A stretch of DNA of 64,000 nt from Lytechinus pictus. Lineage: Eukaryota. Position numbers and translations under genes: made by a program. A model generated the notes under the pieces. It worked only from the letters and a program-made list of their open reading frames with translations. It did no database searches and was not told the DNA's origin. This document shows, in pieces, positions 63,459 through 64,000 of this stretch; position 1 is the stretch's first letter, and each line of letters begins with the position of its first letter. The stretch covers positions 9,674,001-9,738,000 of the forward strand of contig NC_087249.1 of NCBI RefSeq assembly GCF_037042905.1. The letters run 5' to 3'.

Positions 63459-64000
63459 GTTGAAGAGAAGAAGATGTCTGTCATCATAAAGGAGGTTAGA
63501 GAGTAACGAAATGATTTCCCTCAGTAATACAAACTTAAAAAGTTAACGGCGGGGTCCGCTTTCACCACGAGGTTGAAGAGAAGATGTATATCATAAACGA
63601 TGTAAGAGAGTAACGCAATGAGCTCCGTCAGTAGTACGACCTTTAAACGTTCACGGCGGCGTCCGCTATCACCACAAAGTTGAAGAGAAGATGTCTATCA
63701 TCATAAATTAGGTAAGAGAGTAGCGCAGTGATGTCCGTCAGTAATACGACCTTTAAACGTTCACGGCAGCGTCCGCTATCACCACGAGGTTGAAGAGAAG
63801 ATGTCTATCATCATAAATTAGGTAAGAGAGTAGCGCAGTGATGTCCGTCGGTAATACGACCTTTAAACGTTAACGGCGGCGTCCGCTATCACCACGAGGT
63901 TGAAGAGAAAATGTCTATCATCATCATAAATAAGGTAAGAGAGTAGCGCAGTGATGTCCGTCTGTAATACGACCTTTAGACGTTCACGGCGGCGTCCGCT
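63459..64000. repeat. ~110-bp tandem repeat array (at least 5 units, runs off the window)
   Basis: GTTGAAGAGAA starts at 63459, 63572, 63679, 63789 and 63899. Confidence 0.95.

Noticed and set aside
63459..64000. CRISPR array or hammerhead-bearing satellite
   Set aside because: No unique spacers or cas genes in a eukaryotic context; minus-strand CTGACGG lacks the CUGANGA core and a properly placed GAAA

Overview
Eukaryotic, intron-rich, AT-rich animal DNA. The repeat landscape and gene content suggest a sea urchin or related invertebrate deuterostome (inference only). Two protein-coding genes can be fully reconstructed on the + strand. The first is a two-exon, CpG-rich sulfotransferase-like (Sulfotransfer_5 / BCAT-like N-terminal domain) gene, join(1572..1879,3176..3866), 332 aa. 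The second is a complete 14-exon ARIH1 (Ariadne-1 RBR E3 ubiquitin ligase), 11544..46826, 511 aa, with all introns GT-AG and all phases consistent. The remainder is mostly non-autonomous DNA transposons (TTAA-flanked Kolobok-like, Harbinger-like, Tc1/pogo-like, hAT-like, Helentron/HINE-like), tRNA-derived SINEs, LINE fragments, micro/minisatellites and a ~110-bp tandem array at the right edge. Items not visible in the ORF track: a histone H4 orphon-like fragment and a duplicated Sola1-like transposase fossil in ARIH1 intron 8; three hAT-like elements with 6-bp target duplications; a perfect 71-bp-arm palindrome; and strong enrichment of TACATGTA largely confined to the ARIH1 transcription unit. 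I found no clearly novel multi-gene system.
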